Of a stretch of DNA of 64,000 nucleotides, positions 10,636-20,688 are shown one piece after another. This DNA is from a virus. The DNA lies in the IMG/VR virus record IMGVR_UViG_3300035661_000011, positions 64,001 through 128,000 of that record; one strand, 5' to 3'. The translations under genes and the position numbers were made by a program. The notes under the pieces are model-generated. The model had not been told where the DNA came from. It did not search any database and was given only the letters and a program-made list of their open reading frames with translations. Positions within the stretch are counted from its first letter, which is position 1; each line of letters begins with the position of its first letter.

Positions 10636-11097
10636 ATGCTAACTACAGAAGAAAAAGCAAATTTGTTAGAAACGTTAGCTTGGGTAGTTGACAATGTTAG
10701 ACGTGTTAACCTTATACGGATAGATCTGGAGACTGGAAAAATCCAACTACACACTGAACAGATTTCTGGAATTTCCGGATTATGTACACTGTATGAACAG
10801 GGGTGGAGTTACACAAGTCTAAGTAAAAACACGTTTGAATTAACGCCCCCGGTTACCGACGATGTACACACTGGGTTATCCGTGTATGAACTAGATATAC
10901 CGATGGTAACTAAACGTGCATTGGTAACTACATTTGGAACAGTGTATCGTGGCAAACGTAGAACCGATATGTCCTTAGGAGATTTAGTTAAACTAACGCC
11001 ATTACAACTGTGTTCAGCATACAACGTGGGAAAAGTTAGTGTCTACAAAATAATCAGAGCGTTATCTGAACACAACCTTACTCTGGCCGATAAGTAA
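10636..11097 (+). CDS. Protein with C-terminal RNA polymerase alpha-CTD-like (HhH) domain
   Basis: SVYELDIPMVTKRAL...SLGDLVKLTPLQLCSAYNVGKVSVYKIIRALSEHNLTL aligns by eye with RpoA PVDDLELTVRSANCL...[38 protein letters not shown]. Confidence 0.75.
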   Translation: MLTTEEKANLLETLAWVVDNVRRVNLIRIDLETGKIQLHTEQISGISGLCTLYEQGWSYTSLSKNTFELTPPVTDDVHTGLSVYELDIPMVTKRALVTTFGTVYRGKRRTDMSLGDLVKLTPLQLCSAYNVGKVSVYKIIRALSEHNLTLADK

Positions 11098-11105
11098 AAG
11101 TGGTA

Positions 11106-11141
11106 AATACACCACGTGTCTATATAGACACGTGGTGTATT
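11106..11141. terminator. 36-bp perfect palindrome between convergent genes
   Basis: AATACACCACGTGTCTAT|ATAGACACGTGGTGTATT. Confidence 0.75.
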
Positions 11142-11206
11142 ATACTAATGGCTTATTTTTTAACTAATCAAACTATTTTTTTTTTTAAGTTTACAACCCA
11201 CACAGT

Positions 11207-12724
11207 TTAATCATCAAAGAAACTAGAAGATGACATAGAGTTGGAATTTGGTAACCTAAATAAAGCTGTGGACTCCATACCTACGTCTGGTTTAATACCA
11301 CCTAACTCAAACTTATAATAAAAGTCTCTACGGTTCATAGGGATAAAGTCACCCTCTCTTCGTTTTCCCCTCGAAACACACCAGTATGAACTACCATCAA
11401 TATGCTTACACACATTTGATAAAATTTCCATATCGAGTTCACTATATATACTCTTAGAGTTTTCATACCAGCTACCCTCAGCAAACAGTTTTGTACATCC
11501 GCCAGGGTTTTCTTTTGCTATGGCTCTAGCTTGTGAATCTAATTGTGCACCAGTAGCTAAAGCTATACCTTTGGGGTAGCAGTAACTTCTCATTATGTCA
11601 TAGGTTAATGCTAACTTTATATCATCCCTAGGAGCAGGTGTGTGCTTTGCTATTTTTGTAGCATAGTCAAAGTTACACATATGTATTTCATACCCATCAG
11701 AAATAATTTTATCCAATAGACTAATGAGGTTAAATACACTAAACACATTAGGGTTACATTTGATGAGAAAGACTTTATATCCAGTTTCATCAAAATACTC
11801 CCGTATGTATTCGCCAGCAGCTTCTTTTACAATTTTACCTAAAGGTGTATATACCCCTGTTTCTCTCCAGTGAGCACGCTGATACAAAACAGGTACATCT
11901 TGTTCAGTTGTAGTCTCAACACTAACTCTAACAATTGCTGGTATTTTAGTTGGATCAAATAACCAAGGTTTAGTAAACTTTGGTACATTTAATGTTAAGT
12001 CTAATAAATGTCCAGTCTTATATCCGAATGAAACCGCCCCGATGTTATAAGTCCAACCTCGTATTAACCCACCACCTATAGCATCGTTTAAACCTTGATA
12101 TCCAGTGTTTAACATTCCCTTCTCATCGTTCATGGTTATACCACGGTCTAACGCCTTAGTGATATCTGCAATGTTACCAAAATCAACAATGGTTTCTACA
12201 CCCGGAATCTCTTCCTGACTCATACCTGTGTTAATATCTGACAACTCGGCAATTACTTCTGATAAGAAAGGCTGCATTTCTAAAAACTCACCACTAAAAC
12301 TAATTTTAGCATTTGCTTTCTGTAACGCTTTTCTTGCATTGTCTTTTTTAGTAATGAATCGTAACTCGTTAATAATAGAAGCAATACGACCATCTAACAT
12401 ATCTGGGTTAATCTCAACACGTAATACTTTTTCGACTACAGCCATGTATTCTGGGTTATCTCTACAGTTAATGCGCATTCGTCCAATTACATCTTCTGCG
12501 TGGTGTTTGGTGTCAATAGTGTAGAGCATCCATTCAGCTGAATCCCTAAGGTTTTCTACGATATTTTCATCACTACCAACACCCATTGTAAATTTAGGGT
12601 CAATTTTAATCTTATCTAATATTCGTTTTACTTCATCTTTAATGTGATGTGAACATCCTTCTTTATGACCACACAGGTATAAAAGAGTAATTATTTTAAT
12701 CAACTTTAAAACTTCGTTATCCAT
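11207..12724 (-). CDS. Replicative DnaB-like helicase (phiKZ gp118-like)
   Basis: LNTGYQGLNDAIGGGLIRG...GAVSFGYKT Walker A variant, CNFDY Walker B, TGAQL, RGKRR; divergent from the capsid operon as in phiKZ. Confidence 0.85.
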   Translation of the reverse strand: MDNEVLKLIKIITLLYLCGHKEGCSHHIKDEVKRILDKIKIDPKFTMGVGSDENIVENLRDSAEWMLYTIDTKHHAEDVIGRMRINCRDNPEYMAVVEKVLRVEINPDMLDGRIASIINELRFITKKDNARKALQKANAKISFSGEFLEMQPFLSEVIAELSDINTGMSQEEIPGVETIVDFGNIADITKALDRGITMNDEKGMLNTGYQGLNDAIGGGLIRGWTYNIGAVSFGYKTGHLLDLTLNVPKFTKPWLFDPTKIPAIVRVSVETTTEQDVPVLYQRAHWRETGVYTPLGKIVKEAAGEYIREYFDETGYKVFLIKCNPNVFSVFNLISLLDKIISDGYEIHMCNFDYATKIAKHTPAPRDDIKLALTYDIMRSYCYPKGIALATGAQLDSQARAIAKENPGGCTKLFAEGSWYENSKSIYSELDMEILSNVCKHIDGSSYWCVSRGKRREGDFIPMNRRDFYYKFELGGIKPDVGMESTALFRLPNSNSMSSSSFFDD

Positions 12725-12808
12725 AATACCGAACTACCTCTATTTTTTTGTTTGTTATATTTATGTAACAACTGTTAACCATTAACTCGACACTAGGAGC
12801 TATAGGAT

Positions 12809-13282
12809 GTGAAGAAACTATTATATTTAAACGGCGTACAACTCGCATTACTATCACAGCAGGGCGTTAACCTTAATACTCTAACGATTGATAAATTAAA
12901 AGACTCACTTATAGGTTCTGACTTTATAAATATTTGTGAGACAACTGCTACTATGTGTTCAAAGTTTAGTTTTATTAATCGGCTTGGTTTAGAACTAGAC
13001 ACAGATTGGTTACCCACCATCTGTCATAGCTTTTATCAAGGAACTACACAACCAGACATACATGGTTTAACCACACCGCCCTTAGGAACTATCTTTGGTG
13101 CCATTTGTACAACAGATAAAATTCTACTGTTATACCCTATGGAATCCGAGTATATTAATGAGTATGATATGTGCAAGCATTCGCGATTAAACATCTTGTC
13201 TGCTTTAACGAAAATCATGATTTTTAAAGAACTTAAACAGTTAAACGTATTCAAGTCTGCATTTATCGCAGAAGGAAAATAA
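12809..13282 (+). CDS. Hypothetical protein upstream of the major capsid gene
   Basis: 157 aa, GTG start with AGGAG SD. Confidence 0.6.
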   Translation: MKKLLYLNGVQLALLSQQGVNLNTLTIDKLKDSLIGSDFINICETTATMCSKFSFINRLGLELDTDWLPTICHSFYQGTTQPDIHGLTTPPLGTIFGAICTTDKILLLYPMESEYINEYDMCKHSRLNILSALTKIMIFKELKQLNVFKSAFIAEGK

Positions 13283-13284
13283 CA

Positions 13285-15579
13285 ATGGCATACTTCGGAT
13301 TAAAAACACTAGATAGCGCATCTGTATCAGCAAGAGCTGCTATCAAAAACATCGTACTAAGTAACGGTAGCTTACTTGGGAAAGACGACCTCTATGGATT
13401 TTGTGGTTTGGAAGCACTTAGCGATAGACGCAAAATGCCAGAGTTCCTTGACAAAGTTGGTGTAGTGGTTGATGTTTTAAAACGCGATCCAGCAATCACA
13501 ACTTGGGTAACTGGCTTAGCTACACCAGATAGAAACGCCGTATACTTTGGTACTAATGCTGCACAGTCTGTAGCTGGTATGGAGTCTATTAGAGACAGCT
13601 GGGTAGACGACGCATTCCAAACATTAGCAGTTTCATTAATGTCACAAATGTCACCACACGAAACCGTAAAACAGTATAATAACATCTGTCCTCAAGCTGG
13701 CAGTGAACGTATCGCACATTCTTTTCAAGGTGCTCCATCTTTAGCTGGTTTAGATAACCCTACTTGGGGTGAGAAATGGGGATTGGAGTCATTTGATCCA
13801 ATCCAACATTTGGATTTCATTGCCGCTTCTGCAATGATTAATGCACAAACTTCTATCCCTGGTGGGTTTGAAGACACGTGGTTTCCTGCTATCTCTTTAC
13901 CACCTGGTCAGGCTGGTTACGATGTACAGATTCAAGTACCAAAGATTTTAATTACACGTTATCGTAATACTTCATCTGGCGCACCTATGCTTCTGCAAAA
14001 AGTGAACTTAGTTGAAGCTGCATACAACCCATCGATTATGGCGTCTAACGGAATTGATATTATTCCAATCGCTATCTCTGCTACAGAACCTGCTCAGTTA
14101 GTTGTTGAAGCTTTAGTTCCTGCTTGGGAAAAAGAAATCCTAGGCGAGAAAATGAAGACTCGACCAATCATCTTTGGTGAAGAAGTTGGTTTAATCGAAC
14201 TTGCTACCTTTAAAGGTATCGAGAACGGTGGTACAATGGACACCACAGATGCCTTATATACTAACATCGGTATTAAAGACATTTACTTTAAAGTAACTGT
14301 AACTACAGGCAAGAATACTGCTACACCAGTTGTTAAATCTGCGGTAATTAAAAACGATGTTACTAACGTAGTCGGTACACTGTTGCAACAAAAGACATTA
14401 GGTCGTCCACAAGGCTTACAAACCACAACCGAAGCACCATTGTATTTAAGTAGCGATTTTACTCCTGTTTCTGGCGACACAAATGCTGACGTTATTGGTG
14501 CCATTCGCAATATCATGGGTCTAGCTGCATCAGCTAAATTTACACTGCAAGGTGTAGTTCGTTTATCTGCTACAGCTGATACTGAAATCGGCAGTATGGT
14601 AGTTGACCAAGCACAACCAAAAGTGGTTTCCGCATTTGGTCCAGTTAAATCTGGTCAGTTACCAATCACGTATGATATCTCAACATTGGACAGCGCAGCT
14701 ACCAGTGTAACTATCACTATGGTTGGGTGGTATCCATCTGCTAAACGTACTAACTCAAACTTACGTACCAATGGAACAATCATTGATGCAAGCAACGTTG
14801 TAAACTACCGTTTGCCTATCAACGTATTTCCTCCATTTACTGCACGTACTGCATTAAACACAACTGACCAAATTACATTTGAAACTTTGGCTAACGTTAC
14901 ACAGTTGTGGGTGTCTGGACAATGTGTTGAAAAGTTATTACAAATGGAAGATTGGTTAACTGAAGTTTCTGGCACTCCAATGGGTGTCGGTGTAATGACT
15001 AACCAGTGTCCAATCATGGGTGGCGAATTTGTTATTCCAACACTTCGTAAAGACTTTGTTGATTTGCAATCATTATGCAAAAACTGGCAGTCTAAAGACA
15101 CATTGGCTAACATTCGCGCCACTATCCAAACAAGTATTATGTACAACTCTTTAGCGTTGTATATGGAGTCTGGTTATTCTTCAGCGATGCAAATGCTGTT
15201 GTCTGATTTGGATGCATATGAAACAATCATTGTTACTGATCCATTGATTGCGCAATACTTTATGGAACCTGGTGATATAAGAACCTTTGGTGATAATCGT
15301 AAATATATCATCACCAAATCTAACAACAAAGACATTCGTGGTAAAGTGTATTACTCGTTCCGTTTAGTAGGTTCAGGTGATTTGGTACACCCTATGTCAT
15401 TCGGTTGCAGATTACAATCACCAAACATCACATATGAAGTTGTACCTATGGCTCGTAGTGGTGCGACATACCGCGAAATTCAATCTATGCCACGTGTAGT
15501 ACCCTATGCTAATTTACCAGTGTTAGGCGTGCTTCTTATTCGTGGGTTGGATACATTCGCTAGCTCACCTGCACAATAG
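13285..15579 (+). CDS. Major capsid protein (phiKZ gp120-like)
   Basis: 764 aa; WGLES maturation site followed by FEDTWFP; TRPIIFG, DTTDAL, AKRTNSNLRTNG, IIVTDPLIAQY, NLPVLG motifs; biased codon usage. Confidence 0.9.
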   Translation: MAYFGLKTLDSASVSARAAIKNIVLSNGSLLGKDDLYGFCGLEALSDRRKMPEFLDKVGVVVDVLKRDPAITTWVTGLATPDRNAVYFGTNAAQSVAGMESIRDSWVDDAFQTLAVSLMSQMSPHETVKQYNNICPQAGSERIAHSFQGAPSLAGLDNPTWGEKWGLESFDPIQHLDFIAASAMINAQTSIPGGFEDTWFPAISLPPGQAGYDVQIQVPKILITRYRNTSSGAPMLLQKVNLVEAAYNPSIMASNGIDIIPIAISATEPAQLVVEALVPAWEKEILGEKMKTRPIIFGEEVGLIELATFKGIENGGTMDTTDALYTNIGIKDIYFKVTVTTGKNTATPVVKSAVIKNDVTNVVGTLLQQKTLGRPQGLQTTTEAPLYLSSDFTPVSGDTNADVIGAIRNIMGLAASAKFTLQGVVRLSATADTEIGSMVVDQAQPKVVSAFGPVKSGQLPITYDISTLDSAATSVTITMVGWYPSAKRTNSNLRTNGTIIDASNVVNYRLPINVFPPFTARTALNTTDQITFETLANVTQLWVSGQCVEKLLQMEDWLTEVSGTPMGVGVMTNQCPIMGGEFVIPTLRKDFVDLQSLCKNWQSKDTLANIRATIQTSIMYNSLALYMESGYSSAMQMLLSDLDAYETIIVTDPLIAQYFMEPGDIRTFGDNRKYIITKSNNKDIRGKVYYSFRLVGSGDLVHPMSFGCRLQSPNITYEVVPMARSGATYREIQSMPRVVPYANLPVLGVLLIRGLDTFASSPAQ

Positions 15580-15604
15580 TTTTAACCGTTAAGTAAGTAG
15601 ATAT

Positions 15605-15638
15605 GTGCACACACAGCTTATATAAGCTGTGTGTGCAC
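15605..15638. terminator. 34-bp perfect palindrome after the capsid gene
   Basis: GTGCACACACAGCTTAT|ATAAGCTGTGTGTGCAC, T-run a few nt downstream. Confidence 0.75.
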
Positions 15639-15654
15639 TATTCGTTTTTAATTT

Positions 15655-15669
15655 AAACATATATTATCT
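15655..15669 (+). promoter_or_regulatory. Putative early promoter motif, copy 2
   Basis: AAACATATATTATCT exact. Confidence 0.75.
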
Positions 15670-15716
15670 ATTTGAGCTAACTATTAGTTTATCATTTAAA
15701 CAAACTGGAGAAACCT

Positions 15717-16283
15717 ATGCGATACATAATTCAAAAAGTTACAATGGCGATTATATTTCAATTAGCTATAATAAGGTTTTATATAGCGTATAGTAGAAAT
15801 GGTAATATGTCAGCACTGTGTTTATATTACGCGTTTGTATCAACGATATATACGCGAGAATTGGATAAAATAAAACCAAGTAACAGTGTGCACGAAATAC
15901 ATATTTTAAAAAGTGTGATGCGTGATGTTAACTCACACGATGCTAAGTTAGCTACATTGGGGGACGAACAGATTTTAGTGTTGTGTAAAATACTTAAGTA
16001 TGAAATGGTACCGTTGATAAAATCATATATACGTGGAAAAATAAATATTCTACGTTTATATAACACGTTTGGGTATTATCTATTAGATGACGAAAGTCCA
16101 TATAAAGAACAATTATTAAAACTCGGTGTTAATAAGGAAACACTTGAAAGTATAAATGGGTATTTGTATTCTACAATTCGACACATCAGGTACACTGCCT
16201 CAGTCCAAAGGTTTCAACAGGTGACCGCTGTATTTTCACAAAACGTATTAAAGTTTTCTAAACCGTTTAACCTCATGGCGTAG
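15717..16283 (+). CDS. Hypothetical protein (single-gene early cassette)
   Basis: 188 aa, GGAG SD, bounded by two palindromes. Confidence 0.65.
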   Translation: MRYIIQKVTMAIIFQLAIIRFYIAYSRNGNMSALCLYYAFVSTIYTRELDKIKPSNSVHEIHILKSVMRDVNSHDAKLATLGDEQILVLCKILKYEMVPLIKSYIRGKINILRLYNTFGYYLLDDESPYKEQLLKLGVNKETLESINGYLYSTIRHIRYTASVQRFQQVTAVFSQNVLKFSKPFNLMA

Positions 16284-16284
16284 T

Positions 16285-16318
16285 CGTACTCCAGGCAGAA
16301 TATTCTGCCTGGAGTACG
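16285..16318. terminator. 34-bp perfect palindrome
   Basis: CGTACTCCAGGCAGAAT|ATTCTGCCTGGAGTACG then TATTATTTTT. Confidence 0.75.
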
Positions 16319-16340
16319 TATTATTTTTCGACAATGACAC

Positions 16341-16355
16341 AAACATATATTATCT
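16341..16355 (+). promoter_or_regulatory. Putative early promoter motif, copy 3
   Basis: AAACATATATTATCT exact; heads the operon containing the non-virion RNAP subunit. Confidence 0.75.
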
Positions 16356-16374
16356 AGATGACACTAGTTAGCTT

Positions 16375-17457
16375 ATGGGTATTAAAATGGATGTATTAAA
16401 AAGTGTTTTATCAGAAAAGAAACTAATAACAAATAACAATAGGGGATGTTCAGTAAGTTCTACATATGTTAATTTTTCAAAACATTACTTAGCAGTCTGT
16501 TTCAGAGATGGGTGTTATACTATTTTGTCACCGAATGCAAACAGTGTCAGTGCCGACCTCTTGGTAATTGAACATAACAAAACAAATTTCACAGATGGTA
16601 TTTTAACTGTAGATGGGGATGAGGACCCAATTTTAAATCACATAAAAGAAAATTTAACTAAATCAAACGGGAAGCATGTTACATGGGAAGAAAGAGTCGA
16701 TATTACAGATATCGTTAAAGCAAGGGGTGGTGTTTACATTTCAAATTTAGACGTCTATGTTGGGATAGCTACCCAAATGGAGAGTATACATTTTCACCCA
16801 TACAGTTACCAACATACACTTAATTCCATGTTAAATCATGGAGAGGATTTCGATACCGCATCACAAATTAGCATTCGATTGCAAATAATCGACAACCAAA
16901 AACCTGGTGTAGATTATTACACCGTTCTAAATAATAACATCGTACATTTAAAAAGCGAAAGGAGTATGATAAAGGGTAACGGTTTCTATATAAGTGGTAT
17001 GCCTGAAATTCAATCGGCACATGCAAACAAACTACGTTGTGTTCAAATAGTTAGTTTGGAAAAAGCTTTTTCTAAAGAAGCATCGTTTACACTGTTTACT
17101 ACATTGGCGGAGGCTACAGTAGCTGTAAATGAAAACATAGTACACTCATCGCAGAATAAGTTAGATACTGCGCAACACGAAAAGACTATACTTGAGATAA
17201 AACGAGAGGTAGAATTATTGCAACAAGAGAATCAGTTATTAAACACTAAACGAGTTCAGAAAGAAACTGAACTTAAAGAGTATAAAGTTGAACAGGAGAA
17301 AGTACAACAGGATATAAAATTTAACTATGACTTACGGTTACAACAACTTAAGGAGGAAGCTACAATTAAGAGTGGTGAAGCGAAAAGTACGATGGAGTAT
17401 TATAAATTAGCAGGAGCTGCATTGGGGTTCGGGTTATTAGTTGCAAAACTTATATAA
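16375..17457 (+). CDS. Conserved protein with C-terminal coiled coil and hydrophobic tail (phiKZ gp122-like position)
   Basis: 360 aa; GGVYISNLDV...HPYS motif; E/K/Q-rich coil; terminal LAGAALGFGLLVAKLI. Confidence 0.6.
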   Translation: MGIKMDVLKSVLSEKKLITNNNRGCSVSSTYVNFSKHYLAVCFRDGCYTILSPNANSVSADLLVIEHNKTNFTDGILTVDGDEDPILNHIKENLTKSNGKHVTWEERVDITDIVKARGGVYISNLDVYVGIATQMESIHFHPYSYQHTLNSMLNHGEDFDTASQISIRLQIIDNQKPGVDYYTVLNNNIVHLKSERSMIKGNGFYISGMPEIQSAHANKLRCVQIVSLEKAFSKEASFTLFTTLAEATVAVNENIVHSSQNKLDTAQHEKTILEIKREVELLQQENQLLNTKRVQKETELKEYKVEQEKVQQDIKFNYDLRLQQLKEEATIKSGEAKSTMEYYKLAGAALGFGLLVAKLI

Positions 17458-17515
17458 ATTTTAAAGGACGTTAACCATGATGTGTTTGTCTAAATTACAT
17501 TTATAGAGGGGTTGT

Positions 17516-19114
17516 ATGGATTCGAAAATGCTAGATTACTGTAACGAACGAGTTGCAAAGCTGAATACAGATATTATCACCAGTGTTGCCACTACTCAAT
17601 TAAACAAAGTGGAGATGTATATAGATTGGGTATGGAAATGTGCATCTAAAGGCTTTCCTGAGGGATTAAAGTATAAGGGTGGTAGACGGTGCACACCAAG
17701 AGAAACGTTTACTGAGCTAACTAAAACAGGCTCCCCTAACCGTATCTATGACATGGCTAGGTCTGATGTATATCTAATGCGATACGATTTCGAATACAAA
17801 GGTGTAAAACTAAAACCTAAACATATCTTTTTACCGTTTATAAACGATGGTGGACTTATGTTTATTCGTGACACGCAATATAGCGTGACACCAGTTATCA
17901 GTGGGAGGGTTTTTAATATAGAACAAAATAACATTTACTTGCCTTCCACACGACTACGTATGGGGTTTTGGCAAATCAACATTTCCTGTTTGGTAAACGA
18001 CATGGAAATTAACCCGTATGCAGTAGGTAGTTATCTGTTTTCAATTTACCCAGAAACAGATAGATCGCCGTTAAAACCATTACTCATACATTACCTTTTA
18101 GCAAAATATGGCTTGGCTAAAACGTTAAAGTTTTATAAACTAACTGCAAAAGTTGGTGGTAAAGAATTAGATGAACTAGACAAATCAAAATGGTTTGTCT
18201 TTAAAAGTAAACTGATACACACTGCTGCTTTCTATGAGGGTTTAGCACCAGAGATAAGAATAGCTGTATCATGCGAAACATATTACACATTAGCCAGCAA
18301 TATCATAGCTAGTATCTTTTATATATTCGATAATGCGGCTGAGGCAACAGCGGAGTTGGATGAATTAAATAATCCAAATCTATGGTTACGGTTATTAGAC
18401 TTTTTTATATATAAGGAACGTTGTGGAGAAACCAAATTAAAAGAGCGAATGACAAAACATTTAGAGTCGATGGAATCTACCATTGACTCTATTACAATTG
18501 ATACGTTTAGACGAGCAGGAGTGGACTCTAGTACGATTTTTGAATTGTTCCGTCACCTTACCCTTAACTTTCAGGATATGTGCGTACATTACGATTATGG
18601 GACGATGTACGATTTACAATTGTGTACAGTTGAACCATTAACGTTTGGTGTTAGAAAGGATATATTTAACACTATGTATATTTTGCAGAAAACTCCAGAT
18701 ATCTATTTGGAGGAAGCTAAGATAAATAGCATAATCTCTAAAAATATAAAGAGAGATAGAATTTTAGATTGGAAAGGACATGGTGAGTTAGAACCTGTAA
18801 GCGTGGCATCGTCTTGTATGGTATTTGGCCCATCTGCTGATTTAATTACACATCGTAAAGCAACAGGGGTCTCTGGTGACGGAATGGTAGACTTAAACGA
18901 TAGAGGTCTACTGATGCATCAGAGTTTATTAGAAATTGCATCTATACACGCATGTACAGGCAAAGATTTTACGGGGAGATCTATAGCCAACCCGTATCAG
19001 GAGTTTTCAAACGGCTATGTTACATCACAGGCATCAGATACTAAGAGTCAGTTAGATAGACTTGGTGCTCAATTAAAACGAGGAAAACATTTAAATGAGG
19101 TTAATTTATGCTAG
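17516..19114 (+). CDS. Non-virion RNA polymerase beta-like subunit (phiKZ gp123-like)
   Basis: FPEGLKYKGGRRCTPRE, YDMARSDVYLMRYDF, IFLPF, TGRSIANPY motifs; synteny with the capsid gene. Confidence 0.85.
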   Translation: MDSKMLDYCNERVAKLNTDIITSVATTQLNKVEMYIDWVWKCASKGFPEGLKYKGGRRCTPRETFTELTKTGSPNRIYDMARSDVYLMRYDFEYKGVKLKPKHIFLPFINDGGLMFIRDTQYSVTPVISGRVFNIEQNNIYLPSTRLRMGFWQINISCLVNDMEINPYAVGSYLFSIYPETDRSPLKPLLIHYLLAKYGLAKTLKFYKLTAKVGGKELDELDKSKWFVFKSKLIHTAAFYEGLAPEIRIAVSCETYYTLASNIIASIFYIFDNAAEATAELDELNNPNLWLRLLDFFIYKERCGETKLKERMTKHLESMESTIDSITIDTFRRAGVDSSTIFELFRHLTLNFQDMCVHYDYGTMYDLQLCTVEPLTFGVRKDIFNTMYILQKTPDIYLEEAKINSIISKNIKRDRILDWKGHGELEPVSVASSCMVFGPSADLITHRKATGVSGDGMVDLNDRGLLMHQSLLEIASIHACTGKDFTGRSIANPYQEFSNGYVTSQASDTKSQLDRLGAQLKRGKHLNEVNLC

Positions 19115-20640
19115 AAAGAATGGTGGGTGGTAATACTAGTAGAATGAATAATACTGGTAGTCAGGACACTTTAAAAAACCGATTATCAAATATGGTTTTA
19201 AATATCGTTACTTATTTTAAGTTAAATGCTGATGAGTGCGAATTGTATTATACGGGTATTGACCGTTACTTTGATGCGTATTGGCGTGATTTATCACCAC
19301 TGGTTGGATCTGATATTGATAACTTTATGCAACAGTTATGTCTGAGTATATTGGGTACTACAATACCAGCATTTCTTACCAATGGTCCAGATTTTGACGA
19401 TGGTATTTATAAAGCAGACCTAATGATTAATGCACTGGATGCTAGTCATAATCAAAGGTCTAATGGGCATTCTGGTGGACGTAACTCGTCCAATGTAGGT
19501 ATTGCACGCAATGTGCAGCAGCACCATAATCGTGGTGGCAGTGCGTATTCGACAAGTTCAGGTCGTCGAATGGAAAGTAAAAAACCAAGTTTGGTACAAA
19601 GAGATGAGGCAGAGATGTACGATAAACAACATTATACTAGTGGAAGGACTACATTACCGCACACTTCTGCACCATTAAAAACCGCAGTTGGTGGAACCAA
19701 ACCAGTAGCTGGTGCTACACGCATATTAATTTTACCACCAGTAGTAGATCGATTAATGGAATTCGAAAAAGATGACCATTCAAATATAGATCAGTTATCA
19801 CATGAGCCAAGTGTAGTTAGCTATCAGTTGGGAACAATTAGCGAGTTAGTTAATGGTGATAAACCATCACTTTATAAATGGTGGGTTGAGGAGCATATGG
19901 TATATGGTACTAGTGTATCCCACCCAGAAGCAGATGAACGTGTCACATTTATATTTAATTCATTCTCCACAGTGAATGACTACGATACACTAATCGACCT
20001 TATACGGGAATTGGGAAACCTTAGTAAAAATGAAATAGTGATGTGGTTATCTAATCGCATAACCGATGAAATTCTAAGTTTTATTCAACGAAACTATGAC
20101 TGCGCAGACCAACTAATGTGTACGTCATATCTTCGAAAGCCAGTTGAGTCATTAGAAGAGTTAGCCGTATTCGGTATTAAAGAACAAGTGGTACATCAGA
20201 TTCTAGCCACTTTCCGTAAACTGTTTAAGGATTGGGCATTTTTAGTTTTACATCAGGTAGACCCCGTAATAGCTGGTATAGCCGAACTAAATGCTGAAGG
20301 TGGAGTTGGGAAAGGTGGTGACGGTGATGTAATGCTAACCACAGTTGTATTGCGATATGCAAAGAATATATTAACGCTACCTATCATGGCGTTATATTAC
20401 AAATATGGAAATGAAGAACTTGAAATTAATAACAAATCGTTATATGTTCTTTCAGCTAAACCTTGTGTAAAAACCGATGCTATAGATGCATTGATTCAAA
20501 ATGTATTTGGTCGATTTACAGATCCTGATGACCACGAGTTATTAATTGTGGATAAAACCTTAACTCTGTACAGAACATTCAAGTTACGTGATGAACCCCC
20601 GACGGAAGTGTTCTATGAAATCGAAAAGCTAACCCTTTAA
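19108..20640 (+). CDS. Hypothetical protein (phiKZ gp124-like position)
   Basis: 510 aa with a low-complexity S/G/N linker; overlaps the RNAP subunit stop. Confidence 0.6.
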   Translation: MLERMVGGNTSRMNNTGSQDTLKNRLSNMVLNIVTYFKLNADECELYYTGIDRYFDAYWRDLSPLVGSDIDNFMQQLCLSILGTTIPAFLTNGPDFDDGIYKADLMINALDASHNQRSNGHSGGRNSSNVGIARNVQQHHNRGGSAYSTSSGRRMESKKPSLVQRDEAEMYDKQHYTSGRTTLPHTSAPLKTAVGGTKPVAGATRILILPPVVDRLMEFEKDDHSNIDQLSHEPSVVSYQLGTISELVNGDKPSLYKWWVEEHMVYGTSVSHPEADERVTFIFNSFSTVNDYDTLIDLIRELGNLSKNEIVMWLSNRITDEILSFIQRNYDCADQLMCTSYLRKPVESLEELAVFGIKEQVVHQILATFRKLFKDWAFLVLHQVDPVIAGIAELNAEGGVGKGGDGDVMLTTVVLRYAKNILTLPIMALYYKYGNEELEINNKSLYVLSAKPCVKTDAIDALIQNVFGRFTDPDDHELLIVDKTLTLYRTFKLRDEPPTEVFYEIEKLTL

Positions 20641-20644
20641 AAGT

Positions 20645-20680
20645 ACGATACATACACTCAGTGATGAGTGTATGTATCGT
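20645..20680. terminator. 16-bp stem, GTGA tetraloop, between convergent genes
   Basis: ACGATACATACACTCA GTGA TGAGTGTATGTATCGT. Confidence 0.75.
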
Positions 20681-20688
20681 CTAGTTTG

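Noticed and set aside
11176-11186. Long poly-T runs (also near 28921, 31957, 48566, 55073, 59073) as phase-variation tracts
   Set aside because: They are intergenic or at gene ends downstream of hairpins, consistent with termination signals; none interrupts a reading frame.
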